Assembly: GCF_963921235.1 (NCBI RefSeq)
Contig: NC_086118.1
Location: forward strand, 25,670,001-25,734,000
Reading direction: 5' to 3'
DNA length: 64,000 nucleotides
Source: Mobula hypostoma
Taxonomy: Eukaryota
A model generated the notes under the pieces. The model made no database searches. It worked only from the letters and a program-made list of their open reading frames with translations, and was not told the DNA's origin. This document shows, in pieces, positions 62,900-64,000 of the stretch. The position numbers and the translations under genes are program-made. The stretch's first letter is position 1, and each line of letters opens with the position of its first letter.

Positions 62900-63065
62900 T
62901 GCACAAGTGGATGCAAGCCTCACAAATTTATGCAAATTGGGAATGTACTAAAATCACAGATGGCCTCTCATCTGATCTCACCTGGCAAGTTTCACGTTTA
63001 CGTAAAACTCGGTGGGGAAGTTACCGACACTTTCTTGTCAGCTGAAGACAGGTGAACAACTGGTT
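62900..63065. promoter_or_regulatory. Candidate enhancer (octamer plus E-box cluster)
   Basis: ATGCAAAT at 62930-62937 and seven CANNTG sites within 62904-63062. Confidence 0.35.
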
Positions 63066-63109
63066 GGAAGATAACTAAACAGGAATCCGGTATTTTCATG
63101 AAAACAATA

Positions 63110-63865
63110 AATAGAAACATAGAAAACCTACAGCACAATACAGGCCCTTCAGCCCACAAAGCTGTGCTGAACATGTCCTTACCTTAGAAATTACCCAGGG
63201 TTACCCATAGCCCTCTATTTTTCAAAGCTCCATGTACCTATCCAGGAGTGTCTTAAAAGACCCTATCGTATCCGCCTCCACCAACGTCGCCAGCAGCCCA
63301 TTCCACGCACTCACCACTCTGTGTGTAAGAAACTTACTCCTGACATCTCCTCTGGACCTGCTTCCAAGCACCTTAAAGCTGTGCCCTCTCGTGCTAGCCA
63401 TTTCAGCCCTGGGAAAAAGCCTCTGACTATCCACACAATCAATGCCTCTCATCATCTTATACACCTCTACCAGGTCACCTCTCATCCTCTGTCGCTCCAA
63501 GGAGAAAAGGCCGAGTTCACTCAACCTATTCTCATAAGGCATGCTCCCCAATCCAGGCAACGTCCTTGTAAATCTCCTCTGCACCTTTTCTATGGTTTCC
63601 ACATCCTTCCTGTAGTGAGGCGACCAGAACTGAGCACAGTACTCCAAGTGGGGTCTGACCAGGGTCCTATATAGCTGCAACATTACCTCTCCACTCCTAA
63701 ACTCAATCCCACGATTGATGAAGGCCAGTGCACCATTTGCCTTCTTAACCACAGAGTCAAACTGCACAGCAGCTTTGAGTGTCCAATGGACTTGGATGCC
63801 AAAATCCCTTTGATCCTCCACACTGCCAAGAGTCTTACCATTAATACTATATTCTGCCATGATAT
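63110..63865 (-). mobile_element. CR1 RT C-terminal/3' fragment
   Basis: LVRPHLEYCAQFWSPHYRKD..RGHSFKV. Confidence 0.92.
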
Positions 63866-64000
63866 TTAGACATAGACATAGACATAGAATAGTACAGCAC
63901 AGTACAGGCCCTTCGGCCCACAATGTTGTGCCGACCCTCAAACCCTGCCTCCCATATAAGCCCCCCTATACCTGTCTAGTAGTCTCTTAAACTTCACTAG
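63866..64000 (-). mobile_element. 3' end of another CR1 running out of the window
   Basis: (TAGACA)n tail and GGCCCTTCGGCCC 3' stem. Confidence 0.8.

Noticed and set aside
1..64000. CRISPR array or prokaryotic system
   Set aside because: No regularly spaced repeats or operons; the sequence is a eukaryotic repeat landscape

Overview
Repeat-dense, gene-poor vertebrate genomic DNA (intronic or intergenic). The repeat set (many CR1 LINEs with an esterase ORF1, V/HE1-type SINEs, Rex1/Babar, Penelope-like elements, L1) suggests a cartilaginous fish, probably a ray or skate; this is inference. No host protein-coding gene can be supported, and the recognisable ORFs are transposon remnants. Main content: >15 CR1 fragments, a 4.6-kb L1, a 13-kb stack of three LTR elements (PNMA-like Gypsy, a second Gypsy, and a retrovirus-like element with a tRNA-Pro PBS), two solo LTRs, and hAT, mariner and Tc1 derivatives. 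Best candidate for a new system: a 560-bp TSD-flanked non-autonomous RTE-type element (13449-14008) whose 5' end folds into a complete HDV-like ribozyme with an unusual hairpin inserted in loop L3. Also notable: minimal hammerhead ribozymes in Penelope-derived micro-insertions, a CR1 copy carrying inverted templated copies of both neighbouring regions, and an octamer plus 7 E-box cluster in unique DNA. Folds and alignments were done by eye and not computed.
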